DNA of 64,000 nt from Octopus sinensis (lineage: Eukaryota): NCBI RefSeq assembly GCF_006345805.1, contig NC_043025.1, positions 7,316,001-7,380,000 of the forward strand. Direction: 5' to 3'. Shown piece by piece: positions 12,461 through 25,873 of the stretch; position 1 is the first letter of the stretch, and each line of letters opens with the position of its first letter. A program made the translations under genes and the position numbers. The notes beneath the pieces were generated by a model. That model was given only the letters and a program-made list of their open reading frames with translations, was not told the DNA's origin and searched no databases.

Positions 12461-12869
12461 TTGTCAGTTGTTTGACCTTAACCAGTTGAGCATGTCCTAT
12501 AGTGGCTGACAATATGTGCATCTCTGATCACGAGTAGAAGTAGTGGGGGAGCATCATAGCCATGTGTTGAGAGGGATTCTTTGGGGTTTGAATAATTCAC
12601 CTCTGGAAACTTGGGTGTTTCGTTCAACATCCTTAAACAACCCTTATTCAGGGACCTTTTGAGCGGGATGGGCTACTCAACCTGAAGAAAATTCTAACTG
12701 GGCCCCACCTGCAAAGTCATGTGCTGTTTATCTTGATATGAGATCACCATGTCGCGCACATATGGTTGTGATGCATGTGCCTGGTGTAACCTTATCAGAC
12801 GGGTAGTCATGATGGGTATACTGGGCTTCGTATATTTTACCCCAGTGTCACTTTGATGGCATGCACTGC

Positions 12870-13096
12870 TCTCTCACTCAATAACAATGACGACGACGAT
12901 GACAATAATAATAATAACATGAATAATAACAATAATAATAATAATAATAATGATAATAATAATAATGATAATAATAATAATATAAATAATAGTAATAATA
13001 ATAATAACATGAATAATAATAATAATAATAATAACAATAATAATAATAATAATGATAATAATAATAATAATAACAATAATAATAATAATAATAATA
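12870..13096. repeat. imperfect (AAT)n microsatellite
   Basis: direct reading; it produces the spurious poly-N/I/L ORFs. Confidence 0.95.
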
Positions 13097-13650
13097 GCCC
13101 TGATGCAGTACCAGGCAGTGGCTCTCATGGCTTCTGATCTTAACTGATTGGAAGTGTTATCATGTACATTGTTTTGTCTTGGTATAAAAGATGGGCTACA
13201 GCAAATATTCTGCTCAATACCACAGATTTGCTTGTCAGTTGTTTGACCTTAACCAGTTGAGCATGTCCCTTAGTGGCTGACGATATGTGCATCTCTGATC
13301 ACGAGCAGAAGTAGTGGGGGAGCATCATAGCCATGTGTTGAGGGGGATTCTTTGGGGTTTGAATAATTCACCTCTGGAAACATGGGTGGTTCTTTCAACA
13401 TCCTTAAACAACCCTTATTCAGGGACCTTTTGAGCGGGATGGGCTACTCAACCTGAAGAAAATTCTAACTGGACCCCACCTGCAAGGTCATGTGCTGTTT
13501 ATCTTGATATGAGATCACCATGTCGCGCATATATGGTTGTGATGCATGTGCCTGGTGTACCTTTATCAGACGGGTAGTCATGATGGGTATATTGGGCTTC
13601 GTATATTTTACCCCAGTGTCACTTTGATGGCATGAACTGCTCTCTCACTC
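13097..13650. mobile_element. ~555-bp (AAT)n-flanked interspersed element (unamplified copy)
   Basis: gccctgatgcagtacc...ctctctcactc with (AAT)n on both sides; a second copy ends at 12868; class uncertain (possibly R4/Dong-related, non-autonomous). Confidence 0.65.
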
Positions 13651-13762
13651 AATAATAATAATAATAATAATATTAATAATAATAACATGAATAATAACAA
13701 TAATAATAATAATAATAATAACATGAATAATAACAATAACAATAGCAGCAGCTCTGACTTAC

Positions 13763-13944
13763 AGCATCTTTTACAGTCTTAGGAACTGGTAAGAATAATT
13801 CTTGCACTGTCAGACCAGATACCATTGCTATGACGTATGGCATCAAGTGATGCTGCTGCGCCAACACCAGCATCTTTGCATAGCGTGGAGAAATTGGTAA
13901 TTTTGCCATACTCTTGCCGATGCTGGTCAATTCTCCAGGAGGTA
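13763..13944 (-). CDS. DHX37: DHX37 exon V21 (182 nt), HA2
   Basis: PPGELTSIGKSMAKLPISPRYAKMLVLAQQHHLMPYVIAMVSGLTVQELFLPVPKTVKDA; tttcag/gtaagt flanks. Confidence 0.97.
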
Positions 13945-15355
13945 CTGAAAACAAAGAAGAAATCATCATCATCAGTTCATGTGTGTGTGGGTATATATAT
14001 ATCATCATCAACATCATCATCATCATCGTTTAGCGTCCGCTTTCCATGCTGGCATGGGTTGGATGGTTCAAGTGGGGTCTGGGTAAGGCGGCGAGCTGGC
14101 AGAAACGTTAGCGCGTCGGGCGAAATGCTTAGCGATATTTTGTCTGTCATTACGTTCTGAGTTCAAATTCCGCCGAGGTCGACTTTGCCCTTCATCCTTT
14201 CGGGATCGATAAATAAAGTACCAGTTTCGCACTGGGGTCGATATAATCGACTTAATACCTATATCTGTCCTTGTTTGTCCCCTCTATGTTTAGCCCCTTG
14301 TGGGTAATAAAGAAATAGGTTCAAGTGGGGTCTGGGAAGCCAGGAGGCTGCACCAGGCCCAGTCTGATCTGGCAATGTTTCTATGGCTGGATGCCTTTCC
14401 TAACGTCAGCCACTCCATGAGTGTAGTGGGTGCTTCTTACGTACCACTGGCATAGGCGCCAGATGAGGCTGGCAAACGGCCACACTCAGATGGTGCTTTT
14501 TACGTGCCACCGGCATGGAGGCCAGGCGAGGCTGGCAACGGCTACGATCAGATGGTGTATGTTACGTCCCACCAGCACGGAGGCCAGTCGTGGCGGCGCT
14601 GGCTACAGCCACGTCCGGATGGTTCTCTTACGTGCCACCGGCACTGGTATCACGACAACTAATTCCAATGATGTTGTCTGTGTAAAAACTGTGTAAAAAC
14701 ATCATATCTGTCCAGTGCAGCCACCTGTTGGATTCCAAGACATCAATGTTTCTATCTCTTTAATATATATATATATAGGCGTAGGAGTGGCTGTGTGGTA
14801 AGTAGCTTGCTTACCAACCACATGGTTCCGGGTTCAGTCCCACTGCGTGGCACCTTGGGCAAGTGTCTTCTACTATAGCCTCGGGCCAACCAAAGCCTTG
14901 TGCGTGGATTTGGTAGACGGAAACTGAAAGAAGCCCGTCGTATATATGTATATACATATATATGTGTGTGTATATGTTTGTGTGTCTGTGTTTGTCCCCC
15001 CAACATCGCTTGACAACCAATGCTGGTGTGTTTACGTCCCCGTAACTTAGCGGTTCGGCAAAAGAGACCGAGAGAATAAGTACTAGGCTTACAAAGAATA
15101 AGTCCTGGGGTCGATTTGCTCGACTAAAAAGGTGGTGCTCCAGCATGGCCACAGCCAAATGACTAAAACAAGTAACAGAGTAAAAGAGTATATACACACA
15201 TGCATATATGGGTACAGGACGTCACCGACGGTGCAAATAACATGAAATATGTAAATAAATTAGTTAAATATGTAAACAACGAGAAAAAAATGGAAAACAG
15301 GACCAGTAACACAGAAAAAGGACCTTTTATCAGTTGTTGACAGTTTATCTGCTCA

Positions 15356-15670
15356 TCATTTCAAAGACAGTTGCTCCCATAAATTTTTTTTCTTATCTGC
15401 TTCCCCTCTGGCTAAATAAACCTGTCTCCTAGCTTCACTTCTGGCAGTCTGATACAATTCCCTGCTACCACCGTTCTTCCAGTCCTTCCAAGCCTGTTTC
15501 TTTTCTCTAATAGCCCTGTCGACAAAATTGTTCCACCACCACGTAATTTTGGGTCGAGAGGGGACTTTGCACCATCCACAGATCTGGTCAGTGGCCTTCT
15601 GCAGGTTGTACCGCAGAAACCTCCAGTTGTCTTCTACATCGTGTGAAGCTATATCCCCTTCTATTTCGTC
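15356..15670 (-). mobile_element. RTE-clade LINE ORF2 fragment (endonuclease-RT linker)
   Basis: VEDNWRFLRYNLQKATDQICGWCKVPSRPKITWWWNNFVDRAIREKKQAWKDWKNGGSRELYQTARSEARRQV; the TWWWN motif is characteristic. Confidence 0.8.
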
Positions 15671-16546
15671 ACATAAATATACATATGCATGGCACGTAAA
15701 AAGCACCATCCGATTGTGGCCGTTGCCAGCTCCATCCGGCACGTAAAAAGCACCCACTACACTCACGGAGTGGTTGGCGTTAGGAAGGGCATTCAGCTGT
15801 AGAAACACTGCCAGATCAGACTGGGCCTGGTGCAGCCTTCTGGCTTCCCAGACCCCAGTTGAATCGCACAACCCATGCTAGCATGGAAAGCGGACGCTAA
15901 ATGATGATGATGATATATATATATATATATTTATATATAGGGAGGGTTTACGAAAAAAAACAAAAGACGAAGACAGGTGGTGTACAAAACAGACAGATGT
16001 ATTAGTATAACGCTCAGGAATAGAAAAAGTCTTTTACGTTTCGAGCCTACGATCTTCTACAGGAGTAGAAAAGTATAAATGTATGTATATATATATGTAT
16101 ATATACATTAATATATATACACACATATATCACCATCATCGTTTAACATCTGTTTTCTATGCTGGCATGGGTTGTATGGTTTGACTGGGGTCTGGCAAGC
16201 CAGGAGGCCACATCAGGCTCCGATCTGATCTGGCAATGTTTCGACAGCTCGGTGCCTTTCCTAATGCCAACCACTCTGAGTGTAGTGGATGCTTTTTACA
16301 TGCCACCAGCATGGAGGCCAGTCGAAGGGTATTGGCATCGGCCACGCTTGGATGGTGCTTTTCATGCGCCACCGGCACAGGGGCTGACACATGTATATCA
16401 TCATCACCATCATTTAACATTCATGTTCCATGCTGGCATGGGTTGGAGGATTTGCCAGGAACTGATGAGGTCAAGGGTTACATCATGCTCCAGTGTCTGC
16501 TTTGGTTGAGTTTCAATGGTCAGATGCCATTCCTAACAGTACGGGA

Positions 16547-17080
16547 TTCAAGCCTCTTCTCCTTATCTCCTCAAAGACATACATCATCTTGAAAGAGTCC
16601 AGAAGCTGGCTACCCGCATGGTTCTTGGTCTCAAGCATTTATCTTATGAAGAAAGGCTTAAGACGCTTGACCTTTATTCTCTAGAAAAATGCCGCCGCCG
16701 TGGTGATCTCATTCTTGTTCACAACATCATAAGTGGAAAGTGTAAGCTCTCGAAAGAGCTGTTCTTCACTCCTGTTCCAAAGCGTCAGCTGCGGGGTCAC
16801 TCCGAAAAGCTCTATCTGCGACGATTTCATCTCAATCGAAGGAGAGGGGCTTTCTCCATCCAGGTTGCGGATCCATGGAATAAGCTGCCGGACGAGATAG
16901 TGAAGTTGCCGGCGACCGCTCGGTTCAAAGTCTCCCTTGACCACAAGTGGCCTGAACTCTTTGCATGAACACCCTCCCTGTACATAACTCCATGTCCCCC
17001 TACATGGCCTTGCGTTTTGCTTTTTGAGCCAAAAAATTAACGTAACTTAACTTAACTTTCCAAAACTAACTTAACTAACG
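16547..17080 (+). mobile_element. CR1-like LINE 3' fragment with (AACTT)n tail
   Basis: PYLLKDIHHLERVQKLATRMVLGLKHLSYEERLKTLDLYSLEKCRRRGDLIL...LRGHSEKL...VADPWNKLPDEIV. Confidence 0.88.
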
Positions 17081-17311
17081 CCAGTCACTTTACAACATGT
17101 ACTAAGTGCATTTTTGGTGCCACCAACACTTGTGAAAATACCATACAGCCTGCAAGACTACAAACCCCTGAAAGGACAACTTATACAAGAAGAAACAAAA
17201 GAAAAAAAAAATCTCCATCTAACAAATGAAGATGACTGCTATGATGTCCCTGCACACTAAAGGTCTCACTTCAGACAAAGGAAATGGCTTTAAAAATCTT
17301 TGTTTGCTTAC

Positions 17312-17390
17312 ATTTTTTCATTTCTTTAAATGTTTTTGGTGTTTTCGGTTTCGTCAATGCACCAAGAATGGTCAACAGCTTTTCTGCTGC
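17312..17390 (-). CDS. DHX37: DHX37 exon V20 (79 nt), HA2 start
   Basis: AAEKLLTILGALTKPKTPKTFKEMKK, matching 'AAE.LL..LGAL'; ttgtag/gtaagc flanks. Confidence 0.95.
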
Positions 17391-17404
17391 CTACAAAAGA
17401 AAGA

Positions 17405-17872
17405 AACAATATTCAAAAGATAGTGCTCATGGGAACTGCTCATATCCTATGCAAAATACTTTCTATGTAATCTCAAGTTTTAAAACAAACATAATTTTCT
17501 TATAGTTTCTTAAACATTCTCTAGAACAGTGGTTTTCAACCAGGGTTCCGCAAGAAGTTACAAAACTGCTAAAATCGGCAGTAATTTTTAATTCTCCTGT
17601 GCAGATATGTGTGCATAAGACTATTAAATTATTGCACAGGGGTTCCTCGAGCCAGTGGAATGTTTCCTTGGGGTTCCGCTCCAGCAAAAAGTTTGAAAAG
17701 CACTGCTCTAGAACAACACTATGTACAAAACCAAATATATGGCACCCTAGGCATAACACCAACATGAATTTCTAACTTATCTCTTGAGGTCTCTGGGTGA
17801 GACTTGGAGCCAACTTGTACAAATGCAAAGCAAAAGTCAAACATAAAATAATAATAATAATAATAATTATAT
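17405..17872 (+). mobile_element. R4/Dong-like (RLE) LINE 3' end with (AAT)n tail
   Basis: IQKIVLMGTAHILCKILSM* C-terminus, then a 3' UTR ending aataataataat. Confidence 0.7.
17527..17705. mobile_element. hAT (Charlie-like) MITE, 179 bp, nested in the LINE 3' UTR
   Basis: TIRs CAGTGGTTTTCAAC / TTTGAAAAGCACTG; perfect 8-bp TSD CTCTAGAA at 17519-17526 and 17706-17713. Confidence 0.92.
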
Positions 17873-18967
17873 TGCGTAAAGTACTGTGTGTCTGAGGTCA
17901 TTGTTGTGACTTGACAAACAGTACAAACCCCTGGTAGACACAATATTTTCAATCAACAACCTCACAATATTGTATACTATGCAATGTGTATAATAACAAC
18001 AATAATAATAATAATAATAATAATAACGGTTTCAAATTTTGACACAAGGCCAGTGGTTTTGGGAATAAGTCAATCACATTGACCCCAGTGTGCAACTGGT
18101 ATTCATTTTACCAAACCCAAAAGAATGAAAGGCAAAGTTGGCCCCAGCAGCATTTGAACGTAAAGACAGACAAAATGCTGCAACACATTTAGCCCAGTGT
18201 ACTAACAATTCTGCCAGCCTCCACATCATCATCATTATCATTGTTTAACATCTGTTTCCCATGCTAGCATGGGTTGGACGGTTCAACTGGGGTCTGGGAA
18301 GCCAGAAGGCTGCACCAGGCCCAGTCTGATCTGGCAGTGTTTCTATGGCTGGATGCCCTTCCTAACACCAACCACTCCGTGAGTGTAGTGGGTGCTGTTT
18401 ATGTGCCACCGACACAGGTGCCAGACGAGGCTGGCAAACGGCCACAATCGGATGGTGCTTTTTACGGGGGCCAGACGAGGCTGGCAATGGCCACAATCGG
18501 ATGGTGCTTTTTACGGGGGCCAGACGAGGCTGGCAATGGCCACAATCGGATGGTGCTTTTTACGTGCCACCAGCACGGAGGCCAGTCGGGGCGGCGCTGG
18601 CAATAATAATAATAATAATAATCCTTTCTACAATATGCACAAGGCCTGAAATTTGTGGGAGGGGACTTGTCAATTACATCGAACCCAGTGTTTCACTGGT
18701 ACTCAATTTATCAACCCCGAAAGGATGAAAGGCAAAGTTGACTTCAGAAATGTAATATTTTTTCTTTTGCATTTTTACAATATTTCATAATTAAACTTTA
18801 AATTATTAGCACCCATGTTAATTAAATATCCTCGAAACCATGTCAAAGACACGGAATAAAATATTTAATCTAATTATGAAAATGTACCAGTGGTAATGAA
18901 TATGGAAGTTGTGCAAAGTTTGTGATGAACCACTCGTGACACATGTGGCGATTAACATGTTAAAAGG

Positions 18968-21900
18968 TTAATCCTTTCAATACCAACCTGGCTAAAACCG
19001 GCTCTGGTTCTGTAGTACAGATGTCTTGTTTTCATAAGTTTTGAATTAAATTCTTCCACCAAACCTTAGTCACAATTTATGCTCCTAACACTAGCTGAAT
19101 GATAACTAAGTTATTTTACTAAATTCTTTGTTATATTTAAAATTAATTGAAAGAAACACAGAGCATCTCAACAGAAATATGGTAACAAAAGGGTTAAGAA
19201 GAAAAATAATCAGCAGAAGCCATGAGAGAAGGAGACCTCAACGTGGTCACTCTATATGCTAGAAATAATAGCCTAAATTTCCTTCAATCCACACCCTTCC
19301 AACTGCTTCTAATGTACATCTGCCCAAATGTAGAGGTGTGTTTAACCCTTTCATGACCAACCCGGCCAAAACCACCTCTGGCTCTGTAGTACAAATGTCT
19401 TGTTTTCATAAGTATTGAATAAAAATCTTCCACCAAACCTTAGTCACAATTTATGTCCTAACACTAGCTGAATGATAACTAAGTTATTTTATTAAATTCT
19501 TTGTTATATTTAAAATTAATTGAAAGAAACACAGAGCATCTCAACAGAAATATGGTAACAAAAGGGTTCAAGTCACCATGATATTTTTAACCCTTTCAAT
19601 ACCAACCTGGCTGAAACCACTCTGGCTCTGTAGTACAAATGTCTTGTTTTCATAAGTTTGGAATTAAAATCTTCCACCAAACCTTAGTCACAATTTATGT
19701 TCCTAACACTAGCTGAATGATAACTAAGTTATTTTATTAAATTCTTTGTTATATTTAAAATTAATTGAAAGAAACACAGAGCATCTCAACAGAATATGGT
19801 AACAAAAGGGTTCAAGTCACCATGATATTTTTAACCCTTTCAATACCAACCTGGCTGAAACCACCTCTGGCTCTGTAGTACAAATGTCTTGTTTTCATAA
19901 GTTTGGAATTAAAATCTTCCACCAAACCTTAGTCACAATTTATGTTCCTAACACTAGCTGAATGATAACTAAGTTATTTTATTAAATTCTTTGTTATATT
20001 TAAAATTAATTGAAAGAAACACAGAGCATCTCACAGAAATATGGTAACAAAAGGGTTAAAGTCACCATAATATTTTTAACCCTTTTGATACCAACCCAAC
20101 TAAAACCACCTCTGGCTCTGTAGTACAAATGTCTTGTTTTCATAAGTTTTGAATTAGAATCTTCCACCAAACCTTAGTCACAATTTATGTTCCTAACACT
20201 AGCTGAATGATAACTAAGTTATTTTATTAAATTCTTTGTTATATTTAAAATTAATTGAAAGAACACAGAGCATCTCAACAGAAATATGGTAACAAAAGGG
20301 TTCAAGTCACCATGATATTTTTAACCCTTTCGATACCAACCTGGCTGAAACCACCTCTGGCTCTGTAGTACAAATGTCTTGTTTTCATAAGTTTTGAATA
20401 AAAATCTTCCACCAAACCTTAGTCACAATTTATGTTCCTAACACTAGCTGAATGGTAACTAAGTTATTTTACTAATTCTTTGTTATATTTAAAATTAATT
20501 GAAAGAAACACAGAGCATCTCAACAGAAATATGGTAACAAAAGGGTAAGAAGAAAAATAATCAGCAGAAGCCATGAGAGAAGGAGACCTCAACGTGGTCA
20601 CTCTATATGCTAGAAATAATAGCCTAAATTTCCTTCAATCCACACCCTTCCAACTGCTTCTAATGTACATCTGCCCAAATGTAGAGGTGTGTTTAACCCT
20701 TTCATGACCAACCCGGCCAAAACCACCTCTGGCTCTGTAGTACAAATGTCTTGTTTTCATAAGTATTGAATAAAAATCTTCCACCAAACCTTAGTCACAA
20801 TTTATGTTCCTAACACTAGCTGAATGATAACTAAGTTATTTTATTAAATTCTTTGTTATATTTAAAATTAATTGAAAGAAACACAGAGCATCTCAACAGA
20901 AATATGGTAACAAAAGGGTTCAAGTCACCATGATATTTTTAACCCTTTCAATACCAACCTGGCTGAAACCACCTCTGGCTCTGTAGTACAAATGTCTTGT
21001 TTTCATAAGTTTGGAATTAAAATCTTCCACCAAACCTTAGTCACAATTTATGTTCCTAACACTAGCTGAATGATAACTAAGTTATTTTATTAAATTCTTT
21101 GTTATATTTAAAATTAATTGAAAGAAACACAGAGCATCTCAACAGAAATATGGTAACAAAAGGGTTCAAGTCACCATGATATTTTTAACCCTTTCAATAC
21201 CAACCTGGCTGAAACCACCTCTGGCTCTGTAGTACAAATGTCTTGTTTTCATAAGTTTGGAATTAAAATCTTCCACCAAACCTTAGTCACAATTTATGTT
21301 CCTAACACTAGCTGAATGATAACTAAGTTATTTTATTAAATTCTTTGTTATATTTAAAATTAATTGAAAGAAACACAGAGCATCTCAACAGAAATATGGT
21401 AACAAAAGGGTTAAAGTCACCATAATATTTTTAACCCTTTTGATACCAACCCAACTAAAACCACCTCTGGCTCTGTAGTACAAATGTCTTGTTTTCATAA
21501 GTTTTGAATTAGAATCTTCCACCAAACCTTAGTCACAATTTATGTTCCTAACACTAGCTGAATGATAACTAAGTTATTTTATTAAATTCTTTGTTATATT
21601 TAAAATTAATTGAAAGAAACACAGAGCATCTCAACAGAAATATGGTAACAAAAGGGTTCAAGTCACCATGATATTTTTAACCCTTTCGATACCAACCTGG
21701 CTGAAACCACCTCTGGCTCTGTAGTACAAATGTCTTGTTTTCATAAGTTTTGAATAAAAATCTTCCACCAAACCTTAGTCACAATTTATGTTCCTAACAC
21801 TAGCTGAATGGTAACTAAGTTATTTTACTAAATTCTTTGTTATATTTAAAATTAATTGAAAGAAACACAGAGCATCTCAACAGAAATATGGTAACAAAAG

Positions 21901-24495
21901 GGTTAAGAAGAAAAATAATCAGCAGAAGCCATGAGAGAAGGAGACCTCAACGTGGTCACTCTATATGCTAGAAATAATAGCCTAAATTTCCTTCAATCCA
22001 CACCCTTCCAACTGCTTCTAATGTACATCTGCCCAAATGTAGAGGTGTGTTTAACCCTTTCATGACCAACCCGGCTGAAACCACCCCTGGCTCTGTATTA
22101 CAAATATCTTGTTTTCCTAAGTTTTGAATTAAAATCTTCCATCAAACCTTAGTCACAATTTATGTTCCTAACACTAACTTAATGATAACTAAGTTATTTT
22201 ACTAAATTCTTTGTTATATTTAAAATTAATTGAAAGAAACACAGAGCATCTCAATAGAAATATGGTAACAAAAGGGTTAAAGTCACCATGATATTTTTAA
22301 CCCTTTTGATACCAACCCAGCTAAAACCGGCTCTGGCTCTGAGTACAAATGTCTTGTTTTCATAAGTTTTGAATAAAAATCTTCCACCAAACCTTAGTCA
22401 CAATTTATGTTCCTAACACTAGCTGAATGATAACTAAGTTATTTTACTAAATTCTTTGTTATATTTAAAATAATTGAAAGAAACACAGAGCATCTCAACA
22501 GAAATATGGTAACAAAAGGGTTCAAGTCACCATGATATTTTTAACCCTTTTGATACCAACCTGGCTGAAACCACCTCTGGCTCTGTAGTACAAATGTCTT
22601 GTTTTCATAAGTTTTGAATTAAAATCTTCCACCAAGCCTTAGTCACAATTTATGTTCCTAACACTAGCTGAATGATAACTAAGTTATTTTACTAAATTCT
22701 TTGTTATATTTAAAATAATTGAAAGAAACACAGAGCATCTCAACAGAAATATGGTAACAAAAGGGTTCAAGTCACCATGATATTTTTAACCCTTTTGATA
22801 CCAACCTGGCTGAAACCACCTCTGGCTCTGTAGTACAAATGTCTTGTTTTCATAAGTTTTGAATTAAAATCTTCCACCAAACCTTAGTCACAATTTATGT
22901 TCCTAACACTAGCTGAATGATAACTAAGTTATTTTACTAAATTCTTTGTTATATTAAAATTAATTGAAAGAAACACAGAGCATCTCAACAGAAATATGGT
23001 AACAAAAGGGTTAAGAAGAAAAATAATCAGCAGAAGCCATGAGAGAAGGAGACCTCAATGTGGTCACTCTATATGCTAGACATAATAGCCTAAATTTCCT
23101 TCAATCCACACCCTTCCAACTGCTTCTAATGTACATCTGCCCAAATGTAGAGGTGTGTTTAACCCTTTCATGACCAACCCGGCTGAAACCACCCCTGGCT
23201 CTGTATTACAAATGTCTTGTTTCCATAAGTTCTGAATAAAAATCTTCCACCAAACCTTAGTCACAATTTATGTTCCTAACACTAGCTTAATGATAACTAA
23301 GTTATTTTACTAAATTCTTTGTTATATTTAAAATTAATTGAAAGAAACACAGAGCATCTCAACAGAAATATGGTAACAAAAAGGTTAAGAAGAAAAATAA
23401 TCAGCAGAAGCCATGAGAGAAGGAGACCTCAATGTGGTCACTCTATATGCTAGACATAATAGCCTAAATTTCCTTCAATCCACACCCTTCCAACTGCTTC
23501 TAATGTACATCTGCCCAAATGTAGAGGTGTGTTTAACCCTTTCATGACCAACCCGGCTGAAACCACCCCTGGCTCTGTATTACAAATGTCTTGTTTCCAT
23601 AAGTTCTGAATAAAAATCTTCCACCAAACCTTAGTCACAATTTATGTTCCTAACACTAGCTTAATGATAACTAAGTTATTTTACTAAATTCTTTGTTATA
23701 TTTAAAATTAATTGAAAGAAACACAGAGCATCTCAACAGAAATATGGTAACAAAAAGGTTAAAGTCACCATGATATTTTTAACCCTTTTGATACCAACCT
23801 GGCTGAAACCACCTCTGGCTCTGTAGTACAAATGTCTTGTTTTCATAAGTTCTGAATTAAAATCTTCCACCAAACCTTAGTCACAATTTATGTTCCTAAC
23901 ACTAGCTGAATGATAACTAAGTTATTTTACTAAATTCTTTGTTATATTTAAAATTAATTGAAAGAAACACAGAGCATCTCAACAGAAATATGGTAACAAA
24001 AGGGTTTAAGTCAACCATGATATTTTTAACCCTTTTGATACCAACCTGGCTGAAACTGGTTCTGTAGTACAAATGTCTTGTTTTCCTAAGTTTTGAATTA
24101 AAATCTTCCACCAAACCTTAGTCACAATTTATGTTCCTAACACTAGCTTAATGATAACTAAGTTATTTTACTAAATTCTTTGTTATATTTAAAATAATTG
24201 AAAGAAACACAGAGCATCTCAACAGAAATATGGTAACGAAAGGGGTTAAAGTCACCATGATATTTTTAACCCTTTTGATACCAACCCAGCTGAAACCACC
24301 TCTGGCTCTGTAGTACAAATGTCTTGTTTCCATAAGTTCTGAATTAAAATCTTCCACCAAACCTTAGTCACAATTTGTGTTCCTAACACTAGCTTAATGA
24401 TAACTAAGTTAGTTTACTAAATTCTTTGTTATATTTATAATTAATTGAAAGAAACACAGAGCATCTCAACAGGAACATGGTAACGAAAGGGTTAA
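18968..24495 (+). repeat. tandem array of ~20 piggyBac-type P1 MITE units with short and long spacers (higher-order repeat)
   Basis: each ~225-bp unit is TTAA-CCCTTT[TC]GATACCA...TGGTAACAAAAGGG-TTAA; spacers are ~16 bp or ~142 bp. Confidence 0.92.
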
Positions 24496-24542
24496 ATTTC
24501 AAAGGTGAGAGCTTAAATGTCAGAGTGTAAAGGTGAACTTAC

Positions 24543-24608
24543 AATGATCTGTTTCTTATCTGGAGACGTGGGATATGGGAAGTTTAACACCTTGTCAATC
24601 CCCAAAAA
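24543..24608 (-). CDS. DHX37: DHX37 exon V19 (66 nt)
   Basis: FLGIDKVLNFPYPTSPDKKQII, matching 'I.KV.NFPFPT.P'; tttcag/gtaagt flanks. Confidence 0.95.
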
Positions 24609-25154
24609 CTGAAAAGAATAAAGCAAACAAATATTGGTTTGAAATTTTGGTACAAGGTCAGCAATTTGGCAGAAGTGGGTAAGTCAATTACACTGACCCC
24701 AGTGCATAACTGGTACTTATTTTATTGACCTTAACAGGACAAAAGGCAAAGTTGGACTCAGCGGAATTTGAACTCAGAATATAAAGGCAGATGAAATAAA
24801 TGCTAAACATTTTGTCCAACATGGTAACGATTCTGTCTTTAATCAAAAGGGATAATTGGCCTCGGCTAGAATTGAACTCAGAAAGTAAGCAGCTACTTCA
24901 AGGCATTTTGTTCAACTCTTCATTTCCAATCTTCCAAAGCATGTTATGTCATGCAGAAATATTACCTTACTTAGAAACAGGTGAAGGTTTGCAACAGGAA
25001 AGGCATCCTCCTGTAGAAAATGTGCCTCCACAAATTCACTTCAACCCATGCCAGTAGGGAAAGTGGATGCTATATCAATGGTGATGGTCACAACTACACC
25101 ATACTGCGCCTCCCCAACCACCACTACACACACACAAACTGTAGATGGTCTTAC

Positions 25155-25251
25155 CCTCATTTGTAAGATGATGTCCTCAAGTGGTCGACGAAGAATTTCT
25201 GGCTCTGAGTAATCAATAAAGTCATCGTTGTAGACAGCAGAGGAATATAAT
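25155..25251 (-). CDS. DHX37: DHX37 exon V18 (97 nt)
   Basis: LYSSAVYNDDFIDYSEPEILRRPLEDIILQMR; ttccag/gtaaga flanks. Confidence 0.97.
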
Positions 25252-25479
25252 CTGGAATGGAAGATGGAAAAGAATGAAGACTCAAGGCAGAAAGTAATGC
25301 CCTCAGGTAATTTCAAGAATAACATTAACAATAATTCTAAAATTGTAGATAGATTCATAGATAGATAGATAGTGTTGCCACCATAGTAACTAACACATTT
25401 TGATTAAAAATGTGGGAATTTTAAGTGCAAGTCTGTCAACACAGACTTCAAAAGTAGACTACATGTCTATTATCATCAT

Positions 25480-25840
25480 CATTTTGACATCTGTTGGTAC
25501 TGATTCCATTTGGGAATCCTCCATGCCAAATTCATTGGAGGTCTTGTCTAGGCGCTCTACCAGCTGTTTCAATTCTTGTGAGCCCACCAGTCCAACAATA
25601 TCTATTTCTTTACTACCCACAAGGGGCTAAACATAGAGGGGACAAACAACGACAGACATAGGTATTAAGTCGATTACATCGACCCCAGTGCATAACTGGT
25701 ACTTAATTTATCGACCCCGAAGCACAGGTTCATTAGGTTTCTGCTGTCAATGTTAATGATACCATTGTGGTCTTCCAGAGCATTGGCCATAATCTTCTCA
25801 GGGAAGATGTTGAACAAGATCAGCAAGAGACCTTCGCCTA
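25480..25840 (-). mobile_element. RTE-clade reverse transcriptase fragment split by a SINE B insertion
   Basis: [34 protein letters not shown] / DIVGLVGSQELKQLVERLDKTSNEFGME, the region flanking the (Y/F)ADD motif. Confidence 0.8.
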
Positions 25841-25873
25841 GGGTTAAATGAAAAAAAAAAAAAACTGACTAAC

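Noticed and set aside
12837-13137. poly-L / poly-N / poly-I ORFs
   Set aside because: These are translations of the (AAT)n microsatellite.
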